Source: Candidatus Omnitrophota bacterium (lineage in GTDB: Bacteria; Omnitrophota; Gorgyraeia; JABMRN01; RBG-13-46-9). Taken from it: 64,000 bases of DNA. Numbering within the stretch: position 1 is the stretch's first letter; each line of letters begins with the position of its first letter. This document shows positions 31,299-40,248 of this stretch, piece after piece. The translations under genes and the position numbers were made by a program. Under the pieces are notes generated by a model. The model had not been told where the DNA came from. It saw only the letters and a program-made list of their open reading frames with translations, and ran no database searches. The stretch lies in NCBI GenBank assembly GCA_024542975.1, contig JAMXCZ010000001.1, positions 24,141-88,140 on the forward strand, in the 5' to 3' direction.

Positions 31299-31874
31299 CT
31301 AGGAGGTTTTGAAAAAGGCGATTTTATCTTTTATTTTGGATATCGCATCCTTTACCTCTTTCACATGCGCGTCATTCGCATACCGCCCCGCAAAATCATC
31401 CGCCTCTCCCGTGGCGCGCTTTACCTCTTTAAGGCGACTGTCAATTGCGTCCAATGCCTTGTTGAGCGCCGTTTGCATTTCCTTAAGCTGGTCGGCTTTG
31501 CGCAATTTCACGCGTCCGACAAAATTCCCTTCGGCCATCTCACCCAGGGTTTTCTCAAACCTGAAAAGTGGGCCTGCGATCCTGTGAGAAAGCAGGACAA
31601 ATATAACGCTGCCCGCAAGCGCCATCGCCGTCCCGACAACGAGCGCAATTATCGCAAAGCTTGCGACAAAGAAGCTGGAGGTCCTTTCGATTACAAAGTG
31701 CGACCCGGAATAACCGGTCGTGAGCGTCTCGCCTGACATGTGCATAAAAAGCCCCGTGATAAAAAGCGCCTCGACAAGCAAAAGAAAAATGAAACCGAGA
31801 ATAAACTTTGTCTGGAAGGATTTTTTTATAAAATAATTTTTCCGCATCATTGGTTTTTTCCCGAATGCCTTCAT
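31299..31874 (-). CDS. Membrane protein with two TM helices and a HAMP domain, no recognisable output domain
   Basis: TM1 FILGFIFLLLVEALFITGLF, TM2 FFVASFAIIALVVGTAMALAGSVIFVLL, then a HAMP-like LSHRIAGPLFRFEKTLGEMAEGNFVGRVKLRKADQLKEMQTALNKALD. Confidence 0.55.
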   Translation of the reverse strand: MKAFGKKPMMRKNYFIKKSFQTKFILGFIFLLLVEALFITGLFMHMSGETLTTGYSGSHFVIERTSSFFVASFAIIALVVGTAMALAGSVIFVLLSHRIAGPLFRFEKTLGEMAEGNFVGRVKLRKADQLKEMQTALNKALDAIDSRLKEVKRATGEADDFAGRYANDAHVKEVKDAISKIKDKIAFFKTS

Positions 31875-32500
31875 TTTACGACTTCCTTTGCTATTAGTTT
31901 TTTGTTGATCTGTATTTCTGATCCCATTTTTTTCTCCTCCAGCCAGCTCTCGAGCTTCTCGGCCTTCTTTCTTCTCGTTATGGCTTCTTTTACCCGGTCA
32001 TGGATCTCTTCAAGAGGCGGAAGATTGGAGTTTTTCCCCGTAATGCTCTTGTAGTATAGCTCCACTTCCCCGTCAGTTACGAAAACGTAACGGTCTAATT
32101 CCTCATTTTTACGGTTAACGAAATCCCGTATCAGCGTCTGCTCCCAGAACGCCTTTATCGTATCAACAAAACCCTGTTCTTCAGCCATTTTTTTATCCAT
32201 GGCTTCCTGTATAATGAGTTGCCTCTTAATTAAATTATCGACCAGGTCATCCAACATCTTCCCGTCAACCTCGAGGGTGGGATCCTGCCTCACCCTGTTT
32301 GAAATCTCACGCCTAAGTTCTTTGAGGTAAATGGGTTTGCCATTTACGGTCGCAACGGAGGTAGTTTCTTCTTTTTCTTGGGAGCCGCAGCCAGGCAGGA
32401 ACAAAAGAGCCGCAAGTATCATTGCCGAAAACGATCTGTACTTTGCGATTTCCTTCATGTGTTTCATTTTATTCCTTTTTAAACATTTTAGCAAGAACAA
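31871..32500 (-). CDS. Lipoprotein with SurA N-terminal-like chaperone domain
   Basis: Lipobox LFLPGCGS; …TVNGKPIYLKELRREI… resembles SurA/PpiD N-domain. Likely start at internal M (MKHMKEIAKY…). Overlaps the downstream gene by 4 nt. Confidence 0.5.
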   Translation of the reverse strand: MFLLKCLKRNKMKHMKEIAKYRSFSAMILAALLFLPGCGSQEKEETTSVATVNGKPIYLKELRREISNRVRQDPTLEVDGKMLDDLVDNLIKRQLIIQEAMDKKMAEEQGFVDTIKAFWEQTLIRDFVNRKNEELDRYVFVTDGEVELYYKSITGKNSNLPPLEEIHDRVKEAITRRKKAEKLESWLEEKKMGSEIQINKKLIAKEVVK

Positions 32501-32628
32501 AAATCCCTACGTGCGTATGGAGCGTTCTTCTTCGCTGAATATTTACATATTCAGCTTCGAAGAAACTGCTTTTCTGCTTCGCGAATTCCTGCGAAGCCGA
32601 AAGCGAAAGCATTTCGGCGAAGCAGAAG

Positions 32629-32699
32629 AGCGGGAGAGCGGAATCGAACCGCCGTGTGTAGCTTGGAAGGCTACCGTTCTACCATTGAACTACTCCCGC
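32629..32699 (-). tRNA. glyT: tRNA-Gly (anticodon TCC)
   Basis: Reverse complement is GCGGGAGTAGTTCAATGGTAGAACGGTAGCCTTCCAAGCTACACACGGCGGTTCGATTCCGCTCTCCCGCT. Anticodon loop CUUCCAA. Confidence 0.85.
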
Positions 32700-32842
32700 A
32701 TTTGCGAAGCAAATGCGATTCTGAGGCAGTGCAGAAGATGCGACGACCTGAGGCATACCTTCGTAAGGTCCTTCGTCAAAACGAATTGCTCCCTTGAGTC
32801 ACAATTTGTGTTTTCCCCAGGATTACTTCTGCTTCGCAGAAG

Positions 32843-32929
32843 TGGTGGGGAGAGAAGGATTCGCACCTTCGTAGGCTAAAAGCCGCCAGATTTACAGTCT
32901 GGTCCGTTTGACTACTCCGGCATCTCCCC
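32843..32929 (-). tRNA. tyrU: tRNA-Tyr (anticodon GTA), long variable arm, CCA encoded
   Basis: Reverse complement is GGGGAGATGCCGGAGTAGTCAAACGGACCAGACTGTAAATCTGGCGGCTTTTAGCCTACGAAGGTGCGAATCCTTCTCTCCCCACCA. Confidence 0.85.
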
Positions 32930-33033
32930 AAATTTTCAAAGAAAAAATTTCGTAAAGGTCCTTCGCTCTGCAAAAAATGCTCCTATTCGTCGCATTTTTT
33001 ATGTCGCTCAGGATCACTTCTGCTTCGCAGAAG

Positions 33034-33109
33034 TGGAGCTAGCGGTCCGAATTGAACGGACGACATCCTCATTACAAGTGAGGTGCTCTACCAACTGAGC
33101 TACGCTAGC
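33034..33109 (-). tRNA. thrU: tRNA-Thr (anticodon TGT), CCA encoded
   Basis: Reverse complement is GCTAGCGTAGCTCAGTTGGTAGAGCACCTCACTTGTAATGAGGATGTCGTCCGTTCAATTCGGACCGCTAGCTCCA. Confidence 0.85.
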
Positions 33110-33121
33110 AGGTATCTAACT

Positions 33122-33979
33122 TTAAAGAATTTTCTTTATCGCTTGCGGTAGCTTTTCCAGGAGATCAGTGGCGATCAGGCTAAACTGGCCTTTTTCTTTT
33201 GCTGCCAGATCTCCGGCCAGGCCGTGCAGGTATACGCCTATCACGGTAGCACTGTACGGATTTATTCCCTGCCCCACAAAGCTTGCTATCATGCCGGTAA
33301 GCACGTCCCCTACACCGGCTGTGCTCATCCCCGAATTTCCTGTCCGGTTTATATAGGTGTTACCTTTCGGATCCGCGATAACGGTCTTGCGGCCTTTAAG
33401 GGCCAGGATTACTTTATGCTTTTTCGCAAAGTCACTCGCGGTTTTTTCTCTGTTAGCCTGGATGGCGCGCACGTCTTTGCCGACGAGGCGCGACATCTCG
33501 CCCGGATGCGGCGTAAGCACTGTAGGAAGGATGCGTTTTTTCAGAATATCCGCATTTCCTGCGAGGGCAATTATACCATCCGCGTCAAGTATCACGGGTT
33601 TATTAATTTTCTCGAGCAAATTTCTTACGAGCTTTTGGGTTTCAGGGTGCCGCGAGATGCCGGGGCCAACAACCACAGCGTCGGTTTTTTTAACAAACTG
33701 CAGAATTATTTTTTCCGCAGGAAGGGCGAGCGCACCGTCCTTGACTTCGGGAAGCGCAAGCGTCATAGCCTCGGTAAGCTTGGTTTCCATAATAGCATTC
33801 AGGCTCTTGGGAACCCCGCAGGTGACGAGGCCGCTTCCGGAACGCATCGCCGCCTGACTCGCGAGAAAAGCCGCGCCCGTCATGCCCTGCGATCCGGCGA
33901 GTACAAAAACATGCCCGAAATCTCCCTTATGAGAATCTTCTCTCCGGCGCGGAATCTTCGAAATGTGCTTCTTTACCAT
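33122..33979 (-). CDS. nnr: ADP-dependent NAD(P)H-hydrate dehydratase (YjeF C-terminal / Nnr family)
   Basis: …HKGDFGHVFVLAGSQGMTGAAFLASQAAMRSGSGLV… is the carbohydrate-kinase-like YjeF_C fold. Start taken at MVKKHISK (ATGA overlap with the acpS stop). Confidence 0.8.
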   Translation of the reverse strand: MVKKHISKIPRRREDSHKGDFGHVFVLAGSQGMTGAAFLASQAAMRSGSGLVTCGVPKSLNAIMETKLTEAMTLALPEVKDGALALPAEKIILQFVKKTDAVVVGPGISRHPETQKLVRNLLEKINKPVILDADGIIALAGNADILKKRILPTVLTPHPGEMSRLVGKDVRAIQANREKTASDFAKKHKVILALKGRKTVIADPKGNTYINRTGNSGMSTAGVGDVLTGMIASFVGQGINPYSATVIGVYLHGLAGDLAAKEKGQFSLIATDLLEKLPQAIKKIL

Positions 33980-34362
33980 TATGTCCCCCTCACTAAAATT
34001 GCGGTTGCGACCGCATGCCCTTTGCAATGCGCCATACTAAGCACAACCTTGTCGATTTTTTCTCTTTTTTTCAGCCTCTTTGCGCTGCGGTGAAAATTGA
34101 CATACGGCCTGCCGCTTTTATCATTTAAGATCTCGATATCCTGCCACTTGCGAATACTTGACAGTTTATCTCCGAAAGCCTTGAGCACTGCTTCCTTCGC
34201 GGCGAAGCGCGCGGCAAAATGCTGGCTCTGGAACCTGCGGCTTTCGGAATATTTTATCTCGCCCTCGGTAAAGATTTTATTCAACAAATTCCTGCCCCAT
34301 TTTTTCCGGGTATCCCGGAAGCGCGATATCTCCACTATGTCTATGCCGGAACCAACGATCAT
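33979..34362 (-). CDS. acpS: Holo-[acyl-carrier-protein] synthase
   Basis: MIVGSGIDIVEISRFRD…, AcpS signature. Confidence 0.85.
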   Translation of the reverse strand: MIVGSGIDIVEISRFRDTRKKWGRNLLNKIFTEGEIKYSESRRFQSQHFAARFAAKEAVLKAFGDKLSSIRKWQDIEILNDKSGRPYVNFHRSAKRLKKREKIDKVVLSMAHCKGHAVATAILVRGT

Positions 34363-35072
34363 TTTACCAATTCCTTCATTTCCAGGACAGCTTTTCTTAT
34401 CCCCGTAAAAATCGCTCGCGCGATTATTGAGTGCCCGATATTGTATTCTTCGATTTCCTTTATGCGCCGTAACGGCGCGGTGTTCGTATAGTGCAACCCA
34501 TGGCCCGCAAAAACCTTAAGTCCCATCTCCCTCGCCAAAGAGGCGCTTTTTTTAAGCGCCAAAAATTCTTTTTTAACCTCGCGTTTGCTTCCGGCTTCTG
34601 CGTAGCGGCCGGTATGGAGCTCTATCATGGACGCCCCGGCTTCCTTTGAAGCTCTGATCTGCCGGGCGTCCGGGTCGATAAAGAAACTCACTTCGATGCC
34701 GGCTTTCTGCATTTTCCGAAGCGCCTTCGCAATTCGGCGCCTCCCCGAACAAACATCAAGGCCGCCTTCGGTCGTAAGCTCCATGCGCTTCTCCGGAACA
34801 AACGTAACCTGGTCCGGTTTTGCGTCAATGGCAATATCGATAATTTCACGGGATGCGGCCATTTCCAGGTTCAGCTTGATTCCAAGCACGCGCTTGAGTT
34901 TGTATAGGTCGCAATCCTGTATATGGCGCCGGTCTTCCCTTAGATGGCAAACGATTGAATCCGCGCCGGCTGACTGGCATATAATAGCTGCGCGTATAGG
35001 ATCGGGATAGTCAATTTTTCTTGCCTGTCGCAATGTCGCAACATGGTCGATGTTTACGCCTAATTTGGGCAT
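34359..35072 (-). CDS. pdxJ: Pyridoxine 5'-phosphate synthase
   Basis: MPKLGVNIDHVATLRQARKIDYPDP… plus …LHTGRYA…, PdxJ family. Confidence 0.93.
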   Translation of the reverse strand: MPKLGVNIDHVATLRQARKIDYPDPIRAAIICQSAGADSIVCHLREDRRHIQDCDLYKLKRVLGIKLNLEMAASREIIDIAIDAKPDQVTFVPEKRMELTTEGGLDVCSGRRRIAKALRKMQKAGIEVSFFIDPDARQIRASKEAGASMIELHTGRYAEAGSKREVKKEFLALKKSASLAREMGLKVFAGHGLHYTNTAPLRRIKEIEEYNIGHSIIARAIFTGIRKAVLEMKELVK

Positions 35073-35078
35073 CGGAGT

Positions 35079-35522
35079 TTATTTTTCGCGCGCTCCTTTG
35101 ATTTTTTTGACGGCAAGATAAACCTGAACCTTTGCGCCCTGGGGCGTTACCGAGCGGGATACGCTTTGTAATTCAATCTCGACAGTTTTGGTTTTTGTGT
35201 GCTCACTCAAATCTATTGGTTCTGTGTAAAGAAATTTTTTATCAGCCAGGAGTCCCGCTGGTCCTATGACCAAAATGGACTCCGGGAACAGCTTCGTATC
35301 GGAGTCAAGGAATTCATGCCCTTCCGGAACTGCCCCCACAAAGATTGGCTTAACGGTTAAGGGCTTGGATATATAGTCCGCGCGTTTGAAAAGTTTTTCG
35401 AGCACCGTTTGCTCTGAATCCGTCTTTGTCGTCTCGCCTACGTAAATCAGCGTTATAAAGGCGAGAAGAAGCGCCAGTAGTTTAAAACCGATATTATTCA
35501 GTAAAATGTAACGAATTCTCAT
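35079..35522 (-). CDS. Hypothetical membrane-anchored protein downstream of cdaA (possible CdaR/YbbR-like regulator by position)
   Basis: N-terminal TM LLALLLAFITLIYV. Assignment is by position after the diadenylate cyclase only; the domain was not recognised with confidence. Confidence 0.4.
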   Translation of the reverse strand: MRIRYILLNNIGFKLLALLLAFITLIYVGETTKTDSEQTVLEKLFKRADYISKPLTVKPIFVGAVPEGHEFLDSDTKLFPESILVIGPAGLLADKKFLYTEPIDLSEHTKTKTVEIELQSVSRSVTPQGAKVQVYLAVKKIKGAREK

Positions 35523-36331
35523 TTTTGTGAATTGTGATCTGCCATACGGGAAACAATTTTATTCCAGAAATCGAATACGGATTTTTTGGATTTTTTCGGC
35601 CTGAAAATATTGTTAAGAACGCGCGCAAATTCTTTCTCATCGAGATGCCGCGTAAGCCTGCCGTTTACGGCGATGGAAATGTCGCCCGTTTCTTCACTGA
35701 CGACAACGCAAACAGCGTCTGTCTCCTCGGAGAGGCCTATTGCTGCCCTGTGCCTGGTGCCAAGCGCAGTGCTCACGTGCGGATTTTGGGTAAGCGGCAT
35801 AAGGCAGCCTGCCGCCGCGATGACTGACCCTTGCACAACAATACCTCCGTCGTGAAGCGGCGTATTCGGAGAAAATACCGTGTTCAGCAGTTCGCTTGAA
35901 ACATGGCTATCCATCTTTATCCCGCTTTCTATGTAGGGTTTTAGGCCGATCTCCCTTTCTACCGCAACGAGGGCTCCGATTTTCTTTTTCGATAGGATAA
36001 GCGCCGCTTTCGCGATCTCATCAAGCGCCTGCTGCTGCCCGGAGAACATGCCGAATTGCCCGATTCGCGCAAGCCCGCGTCTCAGCTCCGGCTGAAAAAT
36101 AATAACGAAAGCGATAACCGATATAGTGAAAAGCCGCGTCAGGATCTGGTTTATCGTCTCCAGCCGTAACTCTTTGCTTATCAGGAATATGATGACTATT
36201 ATGATTATGCCCTTTAGAACCTGGACAGCTCGCGTCCCTTTTATAAAAAGAAGGAGCATGTAAATAACAAACCAGAGTATACCTAATTCTACGACAAACC
36301 GGATTTGTTCCGCAAAATTAAAAATCATAAC
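35519..36331 (-). CDS. cdaA: Diadenylate cyclase CdaA (DisA_N domain)
   Basis: Three N-terminal TM helices, then …GALVAVEREIGLKPYIESG…LHDGGIVVQGSVIAAAGCLMPLT…TRHRAAIGLSEETDAVCVVVSEETGDISIA… with DGA and RHR motifs. Start taken at MIFNFAEQ. Confidence 0.85.
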   Translation of the reverse strand, partial: VMIFNFAEQIRFVVELGILWFVIYMLLLFIKGTRAVQVLKGIIIIVIIFLISKELRLETINQILTRLFTISVIAFVIIFQPELRRGLARIGQFGMFSGQQQALDEIAKAALILSKKKIGALVAVEREIGLKPYIESGIKMDSHVSSELLNTVFSPNTPLHDGGIVVQGSVIAAAGCLMPLTQNPHVSTALGTRHRAAIGLSEETDAVCVVVSEETGDISIAVNGRLTRHLDEKEFARVLNNIFRPKKSKKSVFDFWNKIVSRMADHNSQK

Positions 36332-37110
36332 CCTTTCTCGATTAAGGCATCCGTCATGCGCACAAGATCCCTGGTCTCTTTTACGTCGTGAGCCCTCAGG
36401 ATGTCGGCGCCGTTCGCAATTGCAATGACCGATGCGGAAAGGCTTCCCGCAAGTCTCCGAGAGGTGCCACATCCGAGAAGCGAACCTATAAAAGACTTTC
36501 GGGAAACTCCGATAAGTATTGGAAATCCGAGGGCTTCGATCTCTTTAAGCCCCCTTATGATGCTCAGGTTGTGCGCTACGGTTTTCCCGAAACCGATCCC
36601 GGGATCAACTATAATTTTATCCGGCTGGATACCTCGAGCGAGCGCAATATCAATAGACTCCCTAAGTCCGTCCGAAACTTCGCCCATGAGGTCTCTGTAG
36701 TTCGGACTTTCCTGCATATTTTTCGGTGTCCCTTGCATGTGCATAACAGAAACCGCTACGTCGTGCCTGGAAATTACGCCTGCCATCGCCGGATCGTACC
36801 TGAGGCCAGTTACGTCATTCACCATTGTTGCGCCGGCCCGAATGGCGTGAAGCGCGACTTCATGTTTTGAAGTGTCGATTGAAACAGGTATGTCGATTTC
36901 ACCTGCTATGCGCTCAATTATCGGTATAGTGCGGTCGAGCTCCTCTTGAAGGCCGACCGGTTCCGAACCGGGCCTGGTAGATTCTCCACCGACATCTATA
37001 ATATCTGCGCCGTCACGCGCCATCATTTCTGCATGCCGAATCGCGGCGGTGTCATCGGTAAAGTTTCCGCCGTCAGAGAACGAATCCGGTGTTCTGTTCA
37101 AAATACCCAT
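36325..37110 (-). CDS. folP: Dihydropteroate synthase
   Basis: …IMGILNRTPDSFSDGG… and …IIDVGGESTRPGSEPV…, DHPS family. Start at MGILN. Confidence 0.9.
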   Translation of the reverse strand: MGILNRTPDSFSDGGNFTDDTAAIRHAEMMARDGADIIDVGGESTRPGSEPVGLQEELDRTIPIIERIAGEIDIPVSIDTSKHEVALHAIRAGATMVNDVTGLRYDPAMAGVISRHDVAVSVMHMQGTPKNMQESPNYRDLMGEVSDGLRESIDIALARGIQPDKIIVDPGIGFGKTVAHNLSIIRGLKEIEALGFPILIGVSRKSFIGSLLGCGTSRRLAGSLSASVIAIANGADILRAHDVKETRDLVRMTDALIEKGL

Positions 37111-37159
37111 TATAAGGGTACGGCCGGAAAGCGGTAAGACGTATTTACCGCACTTTAAT

Positions 37160-39079
37160 TCACGCTTTTTTCTTTGTTTTATTGCTACCGGCATTTTTCT
37201 CTTGTTCGTCCAGACCCAAAAGTTTTTTTACCTCAGTATCGTCCAAGACTTCTTTGATTAAAAGCGTCTCCGCCAGGACCTTCAGCTTATCCCTGTTCGC
37301 AGCGAGCGTAGATCTGGCGTTCTGGTAGCATTCGTCTACGATACGCTTTACTTCATCGTCTATAAGCTTGGCTGTCTCGTCGCTGTAGTTTCTCTCCTCG
37401 TGGATGTCCCTTCCCAGGAAAATCTGCTCATGCCGCTTGCCATAAGTCAGGTGCCCCAGCTTCTCGCTCATGCCGAATTGTGTCACCATGTTGCGCGCGA
37501 GCTCCGAAACCTGGACCAAGTCGTTGTGCGCTCCGCTGGAGAGTTGATTAAAAATAATGTCCTCCGCAGTCCTGCCGCCCAGCGTGACTATAAGCTTTGC
37601 AATAAGTTGCTTTTTTGTCGTAATGTACCTGTCGTGCTTGGGAGGATTGAATGTATATCCCAACGCCATGCCGCGGGGAATTATCGTTACTTTATGCATT
37701 GGGTCGGCATCCTCAGTGAGAAGAGAAAGTAGCGCATGCCCCGATTCGTGGTAAGAAACAATCGCCTTTTCCTCTTTTTTGATGACGCGCGACTTGCGCT
37801 GCGGCCCGGCCATCACCCGTTCTAATGCCTCCTCAAGGTCTTCCTGTACCACGGCCTCCCGTCCTTTACGCGCGCTAAGGAGCGCCCCCTCATTGACCAG
37901 ATTCGCCAGGTCCGCTCCCGAGAAACCGGGCGTCTGACTTGCGAGCCTCTTCAATATGACATCTTTGCTGAGCTTGACCTTTCTGACATGGACTTTCAAT
38001 ATTGCTTCGCGCCCGTTTATGTCCGGCCTGTCTATGACAATGTGCCTGTCGAAACGCCCGGGGCGCAAAAGCGCGGGATCCAGAACGTCCGGCCTGTTCG
38101 TCGCCGCTATTAAAATCACACCGGCCTGGGTATCAAATCCGTCCATTTCAACCAAGAGCGCATTCAGCGTCTGCTCTCTCTCGTCATGGCCGCCGCCTAT
38201 TCCGGCAAAACGCTGGCGCCCTACCGCATCGATTTCATCCAGAAAAATTATACAGCCTTTCTTTGTGATCTTTACGCTTTTTTTGGCCTGCTCGAAAAGG
38301 TCCCTCACACGCGAGGCGCCTACGCCAACAAACATCTCCACGAAATCAGATCCGGAAATACTGAAAAACGGAACCTTTGCTTCCCCTGCTACTGCCTTTG
38401 CAAGGAGCGTCTTTCCGGTTCCGGGCGGCCCCACGACAAGAACTCCCTTCGGCATTTTTCCGCCAAGACGCTGAAATTTTTTCGGGTCTTTTAAAAATTC
38501 TATAACCTCGGCTAATTCCTCCTTGGCTTCATCCACACCGGCTACATCCGCAAATGTAACGCGCAGATGTTCTTCGGTGGCAAGTTTTGCCCGTGACTTT
38601 CCGAAGGAAAGGATCCCCCTCCCTCCTCCGCCGGCAGCCGCCCCCCGGTATATGAAGAACCACAAAAACAGAATGAAAATAAGCATGGGGCCCAGCGAAT
38701 AGAAAAGGTTTGCAAGGAAGCTTCCGGACGGGCGTATATCAAATTCGCTTACGTTGGTCCTGAGAAGCGCGAGAAGCGCGGGGTCGTTTTCCGGAATGTT
38801 CACCATGTACCCCCTGCCGTCCTCAAGCTTACCGCTTATTTTGTTTTCGACTTTTACCGCGGACACAATCGCACCGGTTGTGTCATTCACGACGAGCATG
38901 TCGAAAAATTCTTTGTAGGTAAGCTCCGCAGGCGCCTTTTCAAACGTGACGGTTGCCCACTGTATAAGATAGGTTATGCCAAAAACGATCGAGAGAAGCA
39001 GTATCACATTCCTGCTATTCGAAGGCTGCTTTTTCCCGCCCTTTTTCTGCGGGTTATTTGTCGTTTTTATATTTTTCAT
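37160..39079 (-). CDS. ftsH: ATP-dependent zinc metalloprotease FtsH
   Basis: Walker [12 protein letters not shown] region, HESGHAL zinc motif, two N-terminal TM helices. Confidence 0.97.
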   Translation of the reverse strand: MKNIKTTNNPQKKGGKKQPSNSRNVILLLSIVFGITYLIQWATVTFEKAPAELTYKEFFDMLVVNDTTGAIVSAVKVENKISGKLEDGRGYMVNIPENDPALLALLRTNVSEFDIRPSGSFLANLFYSLGPMLIFILFLWFFIYRGAAAGGGGRGILSFGKSRAKLATEEHLRVTFADVAGVDEAKEELAEVIEFLKDPKKFQRLGGKMPKGVLVVGPPGTGKTLLAKAVAGEAKVPFFSISGSDFVEMFVGVGASRVRDLFEQAKKSVKITKKGCIIFLDEIDAVGRQRFAGIGGGHDEREQTLNALLVEMDGFDTQAGVILIAATNRPDVLDPALLRPGRFDRHIVIDRPDINGREAILKVHVRKVKLSKDVILKRLASQTPGFSGADLANLVNEGALLSARKGREAVVQEDLEEALERVMAGPQRKSRVIKKEEKAIVSYHESGHALLSLLTEDADPMHKVTIIPRGMALGYTFNPPKHDRYITTKKQLIAKLIVTLGGRTAEDIIFNQLSSGAHNDLVQVSELARNMVTQFGMSEKLGHLTYGKRHEQIFLGRDIHEERNYSDETAKLIDDEVKRIVDECYQNARSTLAANRDKLKVLAETLLIKEVLDDTEVKKLLGLDEQEKNAGSNKTKKKA

Positions 39080-39139
39080 ATTAGCTTCATATCATATCAA
39101 AAAAATAGTAAAGACGCAATAGTTTTCGGGGAAAAGGGG

Positions 39140-40135
39140 TCAAACCCTTTTTCCCCGCGTAAAGAGTAAGCGGTCCACAGCCTTCGTTACTTTCACGCCG
39201 CCGGGAAGGTCCAGCGACTTTCCCGTGCTTTTTGTCCGGAAAAAATAGTCTATGTCTTTCCAGTGGCGAAACGTTAGTTTCTTTATGTTCCCGCCCGCAA
39301 GCCTGAATGCTTCCCGCAATATTTCTTTTTGCAGCGCCTTGGGCTGCAAAAGTATGTCGCGAAGTAAAACATAGCGCAAGTGCTTTCCGGATCGGATCGC
39401 GGGTTTTAGTTTTTTTGCTTCTTCTTCAATAAATTCGAAGTCACCCCGCAACGACTCCGCCAAGTTGGAAAGCGACCGTTTGAGGCGCGGGTTAATTTTT
39501 TCGAGATACGGAATGATTCGGTTGCGAATATTGTTGCGCAAAAATTTATTTTCTGCGTTTGTCGCGTCAATCCTAAACGGTATTCTTTTCGTCCGCAGGT
39601 ATTCCAGTATTTCTTTTTTCTCGATCTCAAGGAGCGGCCGGATGAATTTTACTTTTTTGTCGATTCGTACCGGATGTATTCCAACAACGCCGCGAAGGGT
39701 TGCGCCCTTCAGGATACGCATTAACACTGTCTCCGCCTGGTCATCCAATGTATGGGCCGTAGCAACAGTGCGTATCCCGAGTTTTACAGCCGCATTTTTA
39801 AAAAAGTCATACCTCTCTTCCCTCAGCCTTTCCTCCAGGGAAAACATGGATTTTGCTTTTTGCGGCGGTTTTAATTTTTTGTACAGGAATTTTATGCCCA
39901 GTGTTTTCGCCAGATTCTTTACAAATTCCGCGTCCCGGCTGGAAGCGGCACCCCGTATCCCATGGTCAATATGCGCAACGGAGAGCCTTATATCCAGACG
40001 GGCTTTTAGTTTATCCAAAATGCGCATGAGAAAAACGGAATCCGGCCCCCCTGATACGCCGACAAGCACCTTCTCGCCTTTCTCAAGCATTCCATAGTAG
40101 CTTATTGTGTTAAGGATCTTTATATCCGGGCCCAT
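39140..40135 (-). CDS. tilS: tRNA(Ile)-lysidine synthetase
   Basis: PP-loop VLVGVSGGPDSVFL. Start taken at MGPDIKIL to avoid overlap with the tRNA at 40146-40219. Confidence 0.85.
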   Translation of the reverse strand: MGPDIKILNTISYYGMLEKGEKVLVGVSGGPDSVFLMRILDKLKARLDIRLSVAHIDHGIRGAASSRDAEFVKNLAKTLGIKFLYKKLKPPQKAKSMFSLEERLREERYDFFKNAAVKLGIRTVATAHTLDDQAETVLMRILKGATLRGVVGIHPVRIDKKVKFIRPLLEIEKKEILEYLRTKRIPFRIDATNAENKFLRNNIRNRIIPYLEKINPRLKRSLSNLAESLRGDFEFIEEEAKKLKPAIRSGKHLRYVLLRDILLQPKALQKEILREAFRLAGGNIKKLTFRHWKDIDYFFRTKSTGKSLDLPGGVKVTKAVDRLLFTRGKRV

Positions 40136-40145
40136 AAATAAGGAG

Positions 40146-40219
40146 TAGCGGGGGAGAGACTCGAACTCTCGACTTGCCGGGTATGAGCCGACCGCTCTAA
40201 CCAACTGAGCTACCCCGCC
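40146..40219 (-). tRNA. tRNA with CAT anticodon (Met or Ile2/lysidine substrate)
   Basis: Reverse complement is GGCGGGGTAGCTCAGTTGGTTAGAGCGGTCGGCTCATACCCGGCAAGTCGAGAGTTCGAGTCTCTCCCCCGCTA. Anticodon loop CUCAUAC. Lacks the three consecutive G-C pairs of the initiator anticodon stem. Confidence 0.75.
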
Positions 40220-40248
40220 ACGTTTTTTTTATTTTGTTTTACTATATA

